A stretch of 64,000 nucleotides of DNA from Bacteroidia bacterium (GTDB taxonomy: Bacteria > Bacteroidota > Bacteroidia > M30B66), in assembly GCA_965279035.1 (NCBI GenBank), contig OZ257142.1, positions 3,840,001 to 3,904,000 of the forward strand, written 5' to 3'. The notes under the pieces were generated by a model that was given only the letters and a program-made list of their open reading frames with translations, did not search any database and was not told the origin of the DNA. This document shows positions 32,092-40,964 of the stretch, in pieces; within the stretch, counting starts at the first letter, position 1, and every line of letters begins with the position of its first letter. The translations under genes and the position numbers were made by a program.

Positions 32092-32138
32092 ATGATGTAA
32101 TCAATAAAAAAACTAGTGAGTATGTTGGGGAATTTCAT
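32092..32138 (-). pseudogene. Relic 5' end of a CKKYEED lipoprotein gene
   Basis: ATGAAATTCCCCAACATACTCACTAGTTTTTTTATTGATTACATC matches the start of 30851-31357 with a frameshift. Confidence 0.65.
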
Positions 32139-32174
32139 TTGTTATAAAATCTCGGACTTTTTAATTTCGATTAA

Positions 32175-32762
32175 TTAAAATTTTATCTGAATTCCAAACG
32201 CTAGTAATTTTGTAAATGATATACCAGGAATATCATAATCGTATTGTGAATGAGGAATAAAATGTGCCCTTTTTCTTATATGAGAAATGCAAATAGGCTC
32301 AAAAATAAATTGAAAACGATTATTTATGACATAGTATAATCTAGGGAAAATACCAATATTGAAAATGGATACTCTTTTTTTCATAGGTTCATTTTGCAAA
32401 TAGTTTCCAATGTCAATACCAACGCCCAGTAAAAATTTATTTTTAGATAAATGAAAAATATATTCTGCATTAAAAGCAATTGCATGATTATCAATGAATT
32501 TACTTCCATTAAAGACTTTTATTGGAATGCCTACTATTAGCTTGCCTGAAAGCCTGCCGTTATACTGATAATTTATTAAGAAGTTATTATTGTAAAATGC
32601 ATTCACAGAGCCTATTTTACCATTTATGAGTTGGTATAGATTATCATGAAGATAGCCTATGTACAGTTTACTTTTCTTTTCTGGTTGTAGTATTTGTGAA
32701 AAAACATTTAAGGAAGTAAAACATAAAATTATCAAAGCGAACCAATACCAAAAAAATCTCAT
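32175..32762 (-). CDS. Putative small outer-membrane beta-barrel protein
   Basis: Signal peptide, ends FGIQIKF. Confidence 0.55.
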   Translation of the reverse strand: MRFFWYWFALIILCFTSLNVFSQILQPEKKSKLYIGYLHDNLYQLINGKIGSVNAFYNNNFLINYQYNGRLSGKLIVGIPIKVFNGSKFIDNHAIAFNAEYIFHLSKNKFLLGVGIDIGNYLQNEPMKKRVSIFNIGIFPRLYYVINNRFQFIFEPICISHIRKRAHFIPHSQYDYDIPGISFTKLLAFGIQIKF

Positions 32763-32819
32763 GAAATCTAATGTAAGAATTAGTTTTTAAGAAAGGTTAC
32801 TTTTAGATTGAATATATCT

Positions 32820-32915
32820 TCATTTATAAAGTTCGTATTTTTTGCAACCGGAAAAGCCCATCATCATTACCGATATTATCAGTAAAAATCCAGCGAGTAT
32901 GTTCGGGTATTTCAT
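32820..32915 (-). pseudogene. Truncated CKKYEED lipoprotein (MKYPNILAGFLLIISVMMMGFSGCKKYELYK*)
   Basis: Close match to the first ~28 codons of 30851-31357, then a stop. Confidence 0.75.
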
Positions 32916-32935
32916 AGTGTTTTTAGTATTATTTA

Positions 32936-33338
32936 ACCCGTTGTGCGGTTGAATTATCAATTTATTTTTTCATATTAAACAATGAAATAAGGCTGTTAAT
33001 GCTTCTTGACACTATATCATTCATGTTTGTCTACGACGTATTACTTTCTTGTCTTAACACACGCTTCGACAAGCTCAGCGTGCATGCAAAGAAGGTCAAG
33101 TCTGGACGATGCTGAATACGCTCAAGGCCTTTTTTCGACCATTTTGCTCGGATAAGCTTTTTTCTCATCTATGTCGAAACACACCCTCGCCGCCCAGACA
33201 AAGCCACCTCAAGATCCGTTTCTAAACCTAATTTTAATTTAAGTAATTTAATTTAAAGGCATTACATAAGTAATGATTATTGGGGTAAGCGATAAATAGT
33301 GTTGAATGATAATTCTAATTTTTAACCGCACAACGGGT
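32936..33338 (-). mobile_element. Complete 403-bp IS982-type MITE (copy B) with structured internal region
   Basis: Perfect 15-bp terminal IRs ACCCGTTGTGCGGTT / AACCGCACAACGGGT identical to the adjacent IS; no ORF. Confidence 0.88.
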
Positions 33339-33349
33339 TTAGTTATTTA

Positions 33350-34370
33350 ACCCGTTGTGCGGTTAAAAAGTCAAAGTATGTTTGACCTGGTTTAGAGGTC
33401 TTTGATTGATCATATTCAAGTATTGTAGACAAGTGAATGCCCCTATTTTACTAGTGATTCGTGCAAAGAATCCATAAAAGCTTTTAGCAAAATTCTTTTT
33501 AATTGAGAACTGATCACAGAATTGAGAAAAGGTTGTTTCGATTCTTTTTCTTGTTTTGCGATATAGTGGATTCCATTGAGTTGGTCCAACTTGATTTCCA
33601 CGCAATGGTGTAATCAATTTTACTGAGTATTCTTTGAATAAACTTAATTGGATGTTTTTCCCAATATAACCTTTGTCCCCAAGCAAATTTACATTCTCTA
33701 AAAACCCTTTTGTCATATCATCTAAAGTCTTTACATCATGCACATTTGCTTGCGTTATAGCGAAATTATTGATTACTGAATTTGAGCTAACAACCATATT
33801 GAGTTTATAACCAAAATAATGCGTTTTATCAATTGCAGAAAATCCTTTTGCAGGCAAAAAATCAAGATCATCTTTCATAATTTTAAGATTACTACAACGA
33901 ACAAAACGACAAATTGGAAGAGGCATTGAATCTATGATAAAAGTTTCTTCTCCTTCAGAAAGTTCATTACTTAGTTTTTCAGAGAGCTGATCAATAAAAG
34001 GCTGCAAGAATCTTCTGCGTCGATTGAAATTAGTTCTGTCTGGAAGTGTTTTGCAATACTGTGGATATGAATTTCTTAGAATTGAGAATAGCATGTTTTC
34101 AGAATCTATTTGCATTGCTTCTGCTGTAAAAGCCAATGCAACTATCTCAATATCTGAAGCTTTAGGCTGGTTCGAGTATCGACGAAAATTTCCATTTGTC
34201 AGATTATCAGCGCCATATACTTCGATTAGCAATTGACGAAACTTGGTTATATTCGCTATGAGGTTGTGCATATTAGATTTGTGTGAGAACTCTTCTAATA
34301 TACTGTATATCAGTTTAATGCACAACCTTATTTTAAATTAATTATCTACATATTCAACCGCACAACGGGT
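33350..34370 (-). mobile_element. IS982-family insertion sequence, copy 1 (1021 bp)
   Basis: ACCCG-type IRs, single DDE transposase; appears identical to 53658-54678. Confidence 0.92.
33363..34271 (-). CDS. IS982-family DDE transposase
   Basis: FNRRRR, IIDSMPLPIC, YFGYKL, LGDKGY, RKRIETTFSQ; start at MHNLIAN. Confidence 0.92.
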   Translation of the reverse strand: MHNLIANITKFRQLLIEVYGADNLTNGNFRRYSNQPKASDIEIVALAFTAEAMQIDSENMLFSILRNSYPQYCKTLPDRTNFNRRRRFLQPFIDQLSEKLSNELSEGEETFIIDSMPLPICRFVRCSNLKIMKDDLDFLPAKGFSAIDKTHYFGYKLNMVVSSNSVINNFAITQANVHDVKTLDDMTKGFLENVNLLGDKGYIGKNIQLSLFKEYSVKLITPLRGNQVGPTQWNPLYRKTRKRIETTFSQFCDQFSIKKNFAKSFYGFFARITSKIGAFTCLQYLNMINQRPLNQVKHTLTF

Positions 34371-34429
34371 TATTATTTATTCTACCCTATTATAATAAAA
34401 TGATATCGATTTATAAAATAGGAACATGT

Positions 34430-34954
34430 TTAATTTTCATATTTCCTGAATTTTAAAGAAAGTTTGTTGTTAGGATTTAATGGCGTTGCAGTTTGTTCGA
34501 ATGGAAAATTTGCTGCATCTAAATGCATTTCATCTTTGGTTAATTTTTTAATAGTTCCAAACATTCTGAATTCTTCATTATCATTCAATCTTAAAGTTAC
34601 ACTTATATCATCAAATGTTTTATTATGTTCAAAAGCCCATTTACTTTCTCCATAAACATTTAATAGTTCATTTGAGCTTTTGCTATATACATAGAGGTAA
34701 GGAGTTCCATACTGATCCTTTTTATCTCCTGAGAAATCAAAATAAAAATCTCCAAAATAACGTTTGAAAAATGCCATCGAATCGGCGCCATTATATGTGC
34801 ATTCTACTAATTCCTTTTTGCCTACTAAGCGTTTATTTATCGACCGCAACGTAAACCAATAATCGTCCTCTTCATATTTTTTACATCCAGCAAGAATTAC
34901 TAAGGCGAGCCCGAAGAATAGAAACAAAAACCTCAAAGTGCTTTGCATTTTCAT
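34430..34954 (-). CDS. Lipoprotein (CKKYEED family)
   Basis: Lipobox LAGC followed by KKYEEDD. Confidence 0.75.
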   Translation of the reverse strand: MKMQSTLRFLFLFFGLALVILAGCKKYEEDDYWFTLRSINKRLVGKKELVECTYNGADSMAFFKRYFGDFYFDFSGDKKDQYGTPYLYVYSKSSNELLNVYGESKWAFEHNKTFDDISVTLRLNDNEEFRMFGTIKKLTKDEMHLDAANFPFEQTATPLNPNNKLSLKFRKYEN

Positions 34955-35044
34955 CCGTTGGTTTCGTTTAATTTATTCTTTCGAAATTACACAAACATGG
35001 GGAATAAAGGTTCGGGTGATTTCACGGGAATGATAAACAAATCA

Positions 35045-35701
35045 TTATTTCCCCACCTGAACCGGATCACCTAAAAAACGGGGCTGGGTTGGTAAAATAT
35101 ACACATCTAGCACTGCCTTTAATCGAGCTAGGTATTCACGAAATACGGTGGTTAAGGAATACACATCTGGAACACTTCGGGCGGCAAAACCTACAGCACT
35201 TAAGCCATAATGGCGAGCAATAAATAAAGCACGTTCCACATGAAATTCTTGTGAAATAATGGTAAAGGAAGTTTGTCCAAATACCCGATAACATCGAATC
35301 ACCGAATCGAATGTGCGAATTCCGGCATAATCTAAATAGATAACCGAATCGGGAATTCCTCGGGCGATTAAGGCTCTTCGCATATCGCGTGGTTCATTGT
35401 AAGTCAAAGTTCGATTATCGCCACTCACTAAAAGGTAGTCAACTTTATGGTTGTTGAACAATTCAACTGCTGCATCAATGCGATAACGAAAAAACAAATT
35501 CGGATTCCCAGAACGGTTGTATTTACTCGTGCCCAACAACAAGCCCACTTTGGTATGAGGCATTTCCTGTGTATCTGTAAAAATCCAAGAATCACTTTCT
35601 TCATCAATCCAGTAATTACTCCAATACACAAGTCCTCCCGTTAGCAAAAGCGCTAAAAAGAGATACAAGAGTGTACGACGAAACCAAGTACGGCGGAGCA
35701 T
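35045..35701 (-). CDS. SanA/YdcF (ElyC-like, DUF218) protein
   Basis: LLLGTSK, VSGDN, YNEP, DYAGIRTFDS, SQEFHVERALF, RE motifs. Confidence 0.88.
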   Translation of the reverse strand: MLRRTWFRRTLLYLFLALLLTGGLVYWSNYWIDEESDSWIFTDTQEMPHTKVGLLLGTSKYNRSGNPNLFFRYRIDAAVELFNNHKVDYLLVSGDNRTLTYNEPRDMRRALIARGIPDSVIYLDYAGIRTFDSVIRCYRVFGQTSFTIISQEFHVERALFIARHYGLSAVGFAARSVPDVYSLTTVFREYLARLKAVLDVYILPTQPRFLGDPVQVGK

Positions 35702-35793
35702 TTTTCAAATATCGGAATTTCTCGCCGATTCTCCGATTGTGGTCTGTTCTTCAGCCAAGCCGAATTGTTATCTTTGCCGCAAATTCCGCCTGT

Positions 35794-38211
35794 ATGAGCA
35801 GTCCTCAAAACGAATCCCCTTCTTCTAGCGAACTGAGTTTCGAAGAATTCCTCGCATCCGTTATTAACGACTACCGGATTGCCTGCATCAGCCGCGAAAC
35901 AAGCCTTCTCGGGCGGAAAGAAGTCCTCACCGGGAAAGCCAAATTCGGCATCTTCGGCGATGGGAAAGAAATTCCGCAGATTGCCATGGCGAAAGCCTTC
36001 AAAAACGGCGATTTCCGTTCGGGATACTACCGCGATCAAACGTTCATGCTCGCAGCCGGACTTATGACGGTAGAAGCATTCTTTGCTCAACTATACGCCC
36101 ATGCCGACGAAGAAGCAGAACCAATGTCATCGGGTCGTTCCATGAATGGACACTATGCAACCACAACGGTCAATCCAGATGGTTCTTGGAGAGCATTAAC
36201 CAGTCTAAAAAATTCATCAGCCGATATTTCACCAACTGCCGGACAAATGCCACGTTTATTAGGTTTAGCATTGGCTTCCAAGGTTTTTCGTAACAATCCG
36301 GAATTGAAACATGCGACCAACTTGTCGATAAACGGCAATGAAGTAGCATTTGGAACCATTGGTGATGCGAGTACTTCCGAAGGATTATTCTTTGAAACCA
36401 TTAATGCTGCTGGAGTTTTACAAGTTCCCATGGCGATTTCGGTTTGGGATGATGGCTATGGAATTTCGGTTGCACGTAAATTTCAAACCACCAAATCGAG
36501 TATTTCGAAAGCATTAGCTGGATTTGAAGCGAATGAAGATGGTAACGGGTTCCGCATCTACAAAGGAAAAGGTTGGGATTATCCCGGACTTTGCGAGCTG
36601 TACGAAAAAGGAATCAGCCGCATGCGTGAAGAACATGTGCCTGCTTTGTTCCACATCGAAGAAGTAACACAACCACAAGGACATTCCACTTCGGGTTCAC
36701 ACGAACGGTATAAAACCAAAGAGCGTCTCGATTGGGAAGCCGAATTCGATTGCATCAAGAAAATGCGCGAATGGATGCTCGAAACAGCATTATCAACTGT
36801 TGAAGAATTGGATGCGATAGAGAAAGAAGCAAAGACATTCGTACGTGATGCGCGTCGTGCTGCTTGGGATGCATTTCAAGCTCCGATTTTAAAAACGAAA
36901 ACAGATGTTCTTGCTTTATTAGAATCCTTGTTAGCAGAGCATTCCAACACCGAAGTGGCATCGTTACGCGATCAACTTTTGGCGAATAAAGAACCCCTTC
37001 GTCGCGATATTTTAGAAGCTGTTCGTAAATCCTTGCGCATCACCCGTTCGGAGAAATCCGCTTCGCGTCAGGCATTAAAAAATTGGCTCAATCAGGAGCA
37101 AACAGCTAATTTCGAGCGTTACAGTTCTTGGCTTTACACCGAAAACACAGGTTCTGCCTTGAATATTGAAGCTGTTGCTGCTGACTATTCGGAGGAAGAA
37201 AAATTAGTCGACGGTCGAGAAATCTTGCGAGATAACTTCGACGCCATTCTGGCCAACAACCCGTATTTCCTCACGTTTGGAGAAGATAGCGGTGGAATTG
37301 GAGGAGTAAATCAAACTCTCGAAGGACTGCAGAAAAAATACGGAGAGATTCGAGTAAGTGATACTGGAATCCGCGAAGCGACCATTCTCGGACAAGGCAT
37401 TGGAATGGCTATGCGTGGATTACGTCCCGTGGCAGAGATTCAATATCTCGATTATTTGCTCTATGCCATTCAGATCATGAGTGATGATTTGGCAACACTA
37501 CGCTATCGCACCAAAGGCAAGCAAAAAGCACCACTTATTGTTGCAACACGTGGACATCGTTTGGAAGGAATCTGGCATTCAGGTTCGCCCATGGGCATGA
37601 TTATCAACGCTGTTCGAGGCATGTATGTATGCGTTCCTCGCAATATGACGCAGGCTGCAGGATTTTACAATACGCTTTTAGCTGCTGATGATCCAGCATT
37701 AATTATTGAACCATTAAATGGGTATCGTACCAAAGAACGTCAACCCGAAAACATGGGAGAATTCCGCGTTCCACTTGGGATTCCGGAAGTGTTGCAAGAA
37801 GGGAATGATGTTACCTTGGTGACGTATGGTTCATGCTGCCGAATTGCTTCAGATGCCTGCAAAGAATTAGCAAATTTGGGTGTTTCGGTAGAATTAATTG
37901 ATGTACAAACCTTGTTGCCTTTCGACCGTCATCACCGCATCGCAGAAAGTTTGAAAAAGACTGGGAAATTATTCATCCTCGATGAAGATGTGCAAGGTGG
38001 AGCGAGTGGTTTCATGCTTCAGCAGATTCTCGAAGTGCAGAAAGGTTTCCGCTACTTAGATGCTGAACCGGTAACGTTAACCGCGAAAGATCATCGTCCT
38101 GCTTATGGTTCCGATGGAGATTACTTCTCTAAGCCAGCGGTGGATGATGTGGTTGAAAAAGTGTACGCGGTTTTACACGAATATGCCCCTACCCGATTCC
38201 CAGAAATCTAA
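35794..38211 (+). CDS. 2-oxoacid (probably branched-chain) dehydrogenase E1, fused alpha+beta
   Basis: GDASTSEG TPP motif, GHSTS, DTGIREATILG, transketolase C-terminal domain; TATCTTTG promoter at 35769. Confidence 0.88.
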   Translation: MSSPQNESPSSSELSFEEFLASVINDYRIACISRETSLLGRKEVLTGKAKFGIFGDGKEIPQIAMAKAFKNGDFRSGYYRDQTFMLAAGLMTVEAFFAQLYAHADEEAEPMSSGRSMNGHYATTTVNPDGSWRALTSLKNSSADISPTAGQMPRLLGLALASKVFRNNPELKHATNLSINGNEVAFGTIGDASTSEGLFFETINAAGVLQVPMAISVWDDGYGISVARKFQTTKSSISKALAGFEANEDGNGFRIYKGKGWDYPGLCELYEKGISRMREEHVPALFHIEEVTQPQGHSTSGSHERYKTKERLDWEAEFDCIKKMREWMLETALSTVEELDAIEKEAKTFVRDARRAAWDAFQAPILKTKTDVLALLESLLAEHSNTEVASLRDQLLANKEPLRRDILEAVRKSLRITRSEKSASRQALKNWLNQEQTANFERYSSWLYTENTGSALNIEAVAADYSEEEKLVDGREILRDNFDAILANNPYFLTFGEDSGGIGGVNQTLEGLQKKYGEIRVSDTGIREATILGQGIGMAMRGLRPVAEIQYLDYLLYAIQIMSDDLATLRYRTKGKQKAPLIVATRGHRLEGIWHSGSPMGMIINAVRGMYVCVPRNMTQAAGFYNTLLAADDPALIIEPLNGYRTKERQPENMGEFRVPLGIPEVLQEGNDVTLVTYGSCCRIASDACKELANLGVSVELIDVQTLLPFDRHHRIAESLKKTGKLFILDEDVQGGASGFMLQQILEVQKGFRYLDAEPVTLTAKDHRPAYGSDGDYFSKPAVDDVVEKVYAVLHEYAPTRFPEI

Positions 38212-39020
38212 TGGAAAGAACCACAGAAGCCGACTCACGCTACGATGGGCTTGAGCACATGAGCACAGCCGATTTGCTCAGCAACATCAACCGGGAAGAT
38301 CATACTGTTGCCACTGCGGTACAAATGGAAATTCCACGCATTGAACGTTTGGTAGATGCCATTGTAGAGAAAATGAAACTCGGTGGTCGCTTGTTTTACA
38401 TTGGCGCTGGCACAAGTGGACGATTAGGCGTAGTGGATGCATCGGAATGTCCGCCTACGTTTGGGATTGAGTTTGATCGGGTGATCGGCATCATTGCAGG
38501 TGGAGATAAAGCCATTCGTAAAGCTGTTGAATTTGCCGAGGATGATTTAGATCAAGCTTGGATTGATTTGAAAGAATGGAATATTAACTCGAACGATGTA
38601 GTTGTTGGCATTGCTGCTTCGGGAACAACGCCGTATGTGATTGGTGGAGTTTCGGATGCGAAGAAAGCAGGATGCATCACAGGTTGTATTACGTGCAATG
38701 CTGGTAGTCCATTAGCTGGCTTGGTAGATTTTCCGATTGAAGCTGTAAGCGGACCCGAATTCGTTACCGGAAGCACACGTATGAAAGCTGGTACCGCGCA
38801 AAAGCTAGTGTTGAACATGTTGAGCACCGCGGTTATGATACGACTCGGTCGCGTGAAGGGAAATAAAATGGTGGATATGCAGTTGACAAATAACAAATTG
38901 GTCGATCGAGGCACGCGCATGATTATGAAAGCGGTAGGAAAATCGGAGGAAGAATCACGGTCTTTGTTGTTGCAGCATGGAAGTGTGCGCAAAGCGATTG
39001 ATGCAGTGTTGCAATCCTGA
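38211..39020 (+). CDS. murQ: N-acetylmuramic acid 6-phosphate etherase
   Basis: GAGTSGRLGVVDASECPPTFG, GPEFVTGSTRMKAGTAQK; TAATG coupling with the E1 gene. Confidence 0.93.
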   Translation: MERTTEADSRYDGLEHMSTADLLSNINREDHTVATAVQMEIPRIERLVDAIVEKMKLGGRLFYIGAGTSGRLGVVDASECPPTFGIEFDRVIGIIAGGDKAIRKAVEFAEDDLDQAWIDLKEWNINSNDVVVGIAASGTTPYVIGGVSDAKKAGCITGCITCNAGSPLAGLVDFPIEAVSGPEFVTGSTRMKAGTAQKLVLNMLSTAVMIRLGRVKGNKMVDMQLTNNKLVDRGTRMIMKAVGKSEEESRSLLLQHGSVRKAIDAVLQS

Positions 39021-39028
39021 TTCGAAGT

Positions 39029-39598
39029 ATGCAGGAACTCGAACCATTCTATAACTGGCGCGACTATTACATTTCGGCCGATGATCCGGCTTCGCCATTT
39101 TATGGAAGAGAATACAGCGAGTTTGAATACAGCAGCACGATTTATAATTTTTACATCCATCCACAATGGGATGAATTTGGTTCAGAAACGCTTTATTTAA
39201 AAGTACTTTTTGCCGATTACGACCGCGGTTTTGCCGTGATTGAATTTATCGGTGAATGGAACGATGCCATTGGAAACGACGTGATGTTTCTCAAACGAGA
39301 TATCATTGATTTAATGATTTCAGAAGGCATCACGAATTATATTTTAATTGGTGAAAACGTACTGAACTTCCACGCCGAAAGCGAAGACTATTATGAAGAA
39401 TGGTTCGATGATATTGAAGATGGCTGGATTGTCGGATTGAATTTCCGAGAACATGTTGTTCGTGAATTTAATGATTACGGAATTGATCAGTATCTTTTAT
39501 TCAGCGGTCGTTTTGATGAAATAAATTGGCGCAAATACCAACCTGTAGCACTGTTTGAGCTTATTCAAAGCTATATGCAGCGCAGATTGAATCCTTAG
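39029..39598 (+). CDS. Hypothetical acidic protein, possibly STAS-like
   Basis: 189-aa ORF co-oriented 8 bp after murQ. Confidence 0.7.
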   Translation: MQELEPFYNWRDYYISADDPASPFYGREYSEFEYSSTIYNFYIHPQWDEFGSETLYLKVLFADYDRGFAVIEFIGEWNDAIGNDVMFLKRDIIDLMISEGITNYILIGENVLNFHAESEDYYEEWFDDIEDGWIVGLNFREHVVREFNDYGIDQYLLFSGRFDEINWRKYQPVALFELIQSYMQRRLNP

Positions 39599-39674
39599 TC
39601 AGGTTTGGGTTTGAAACATAATAAAAGTATGTTCGTAATCACATTTGATTTTTTCTAAAATTCTACCAATTAAT

Positions 39675-40562
39675 ATGAAAAAGCTCCTCTCAATAATTCT
39701 AGTTTTTATACCATTTATTCAATATGCTCAGGTGGATGTGTTTGGAGGAGGAGCAATAACATTGGGAATTAAATCGAATCATGTTACACATTCTGGGTTT
39801 TATGGAAGAACTTTAAATACAGGCTCACCAGGAGCTATTCTTCCAAATCAAAACCTAGAGCTTTTAACGGATCAAGGTTCTGCAATAAATTTAGACTTTC
39901 ACTATTATAAATTTGAGGATAATTATTTCTCAGTATATGACTTGAGTGGAATGATTTACTTCTTGAGTTATTTTGGAAATATGGGATCTAATCACAATGG
40001 TGAAACAGGATATTCTTTAGCAAAAAGGTTTACCACACCCTCTGAGAATTTATTAAAAGTTCCCAATCCAGTTGAATACACAAAAGCTTCCCGTTTTTGG
40101 AATTTGGATCTATTAAGCGTTAAAACTTCATTCGGAAAAAGAAATTTAAATGGTGGATTTAATTTAGTATTTAAATCAATGGGAGTAACAGGGCCATTTA
40201 CTTGGTTTGTCGATAAAAATAATCAATATGTCTATTACAATTTAACGAATGTGCACAGCTTACGCATTTTATTAGGACCCAACATTTCCTATCGTAAAAC
40301 AATTGGAATGTTCTCTGTAGTATCGATGGCTGGAGTTAATTTCTGTGCAAATAGAGAAGATTTTAAAATTAAATACAATCCATTTTTTAGCACCGTATTA
40401 TTCTTTGGAAAAGGCCTTGGTGGTTCACTTGGATTTAAATACGAAGTTGTAAAAGGAAATTCTGAAATTCAATTTACCGGTGATGAAATATTAAAAAATC
40501 CAGTTAGTCTGAATCAATTCGAAATTAAATTGGGAATTAATTTAACGGGAACTAAGAAATAA
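39675..40562 (+). CDS. Hypothetical exported/outer-membrane protein
   Basis: MKKLLSII signal peptide, beta-rich, AT-rich coding sequence. Confidence 0.6.
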   Translation: MKKLLSIILVFIPFIQYAQVDVFGGGAITLGIKSNHVTHSGFYGRTLNTGSPGAILPNQNLELLTDQGSAINLDFHYYKFEDNYFSVYDLSGMIYFLSYFGNMGSNHNGETGYSLAKRFTTPSENLLKVPNPVEYTKASRFWNLDLLSVKTSFGKRNLNGGFNLVFKSMGVTGPFTWFVDKNNQYVYYNLTNVHSLRILLGPNISYRKTIGMFSVVSMAGVNFCANREDFKIKYNPFFSTVLFFGKGLGGSLGFKYEVVKGNSEIQFTGDEILKNPVSLNQFEIKLGINLTGTKK

Positions 40563-40568
40563 TTTAGA

Positions 40569-40930
40569 ACCTGTTGTGCGGTTAAATATTAGAATTATCC
40601 TTCAACAATATTTATCGTTTACCCTAATAATAAATACTTATTTAATGCCTATTAATTAAATTATTTAAAATTAAAATTAGGTTTAGAAACGGATAAGTGA
40701 GGTGGCTATGTCTGGGCGGCGAGGGTGTGTTTCGACATAGATTAGAATAAAATTTGTCCCAGCAGTATGGTCGAAAAAAGGCCCTGCGCGTAAGCAGCAT
40801 CGTCCAGACTTGACCTTCTTTGATTACTTTCTTGTGTCAAGACAAGAAAGTAATACGTCGTAGACAAACATGAATGATTAATTGACTAAATACAGCAACA
40901 GTCTTAATTTATTGATAAACCTAGAAAAAT
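40569..40930 (+). mobile_element. IS982-ended non-coding element, copy C (single IR; cleanest RNA core)
   Basis: Starts ACCTGTTGTGCGGTT; colinear with the reverse complement of copy B; right boundary approximate. Confidence 0.78.
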
Positions 40931-40964
40931 CATTTTGAAAAGTTAATAGTATAACTGATTCGAT

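Noticed and set aside
30851-34954. Diversity-generating retroelement
   Set aside because: No reverse transcriptase; the repeats are at 5' ends and differences are not adenine-specific
35653-36090. 145-aa minus-strand ORF and the 5' extension of E1 to 35671
   Set aside because: Shadow of the E1 gene; a promoter at 35769 supports the ATG at 35794
38552-39166. 204-aa minus-strand ORF, and the many other 60-140 aa antisense or nested ORFs
   Set aside because: Antisense shadows of well-supported genes such as murQ
30260-40930. Integron attC sites or TnpB/IscB omega-RNA or bridge RNA
   Set aside because: No tyrosine integrase, TnpB/IscB or IS110 recombinase in the window; the ends match a DDE IS982 instead
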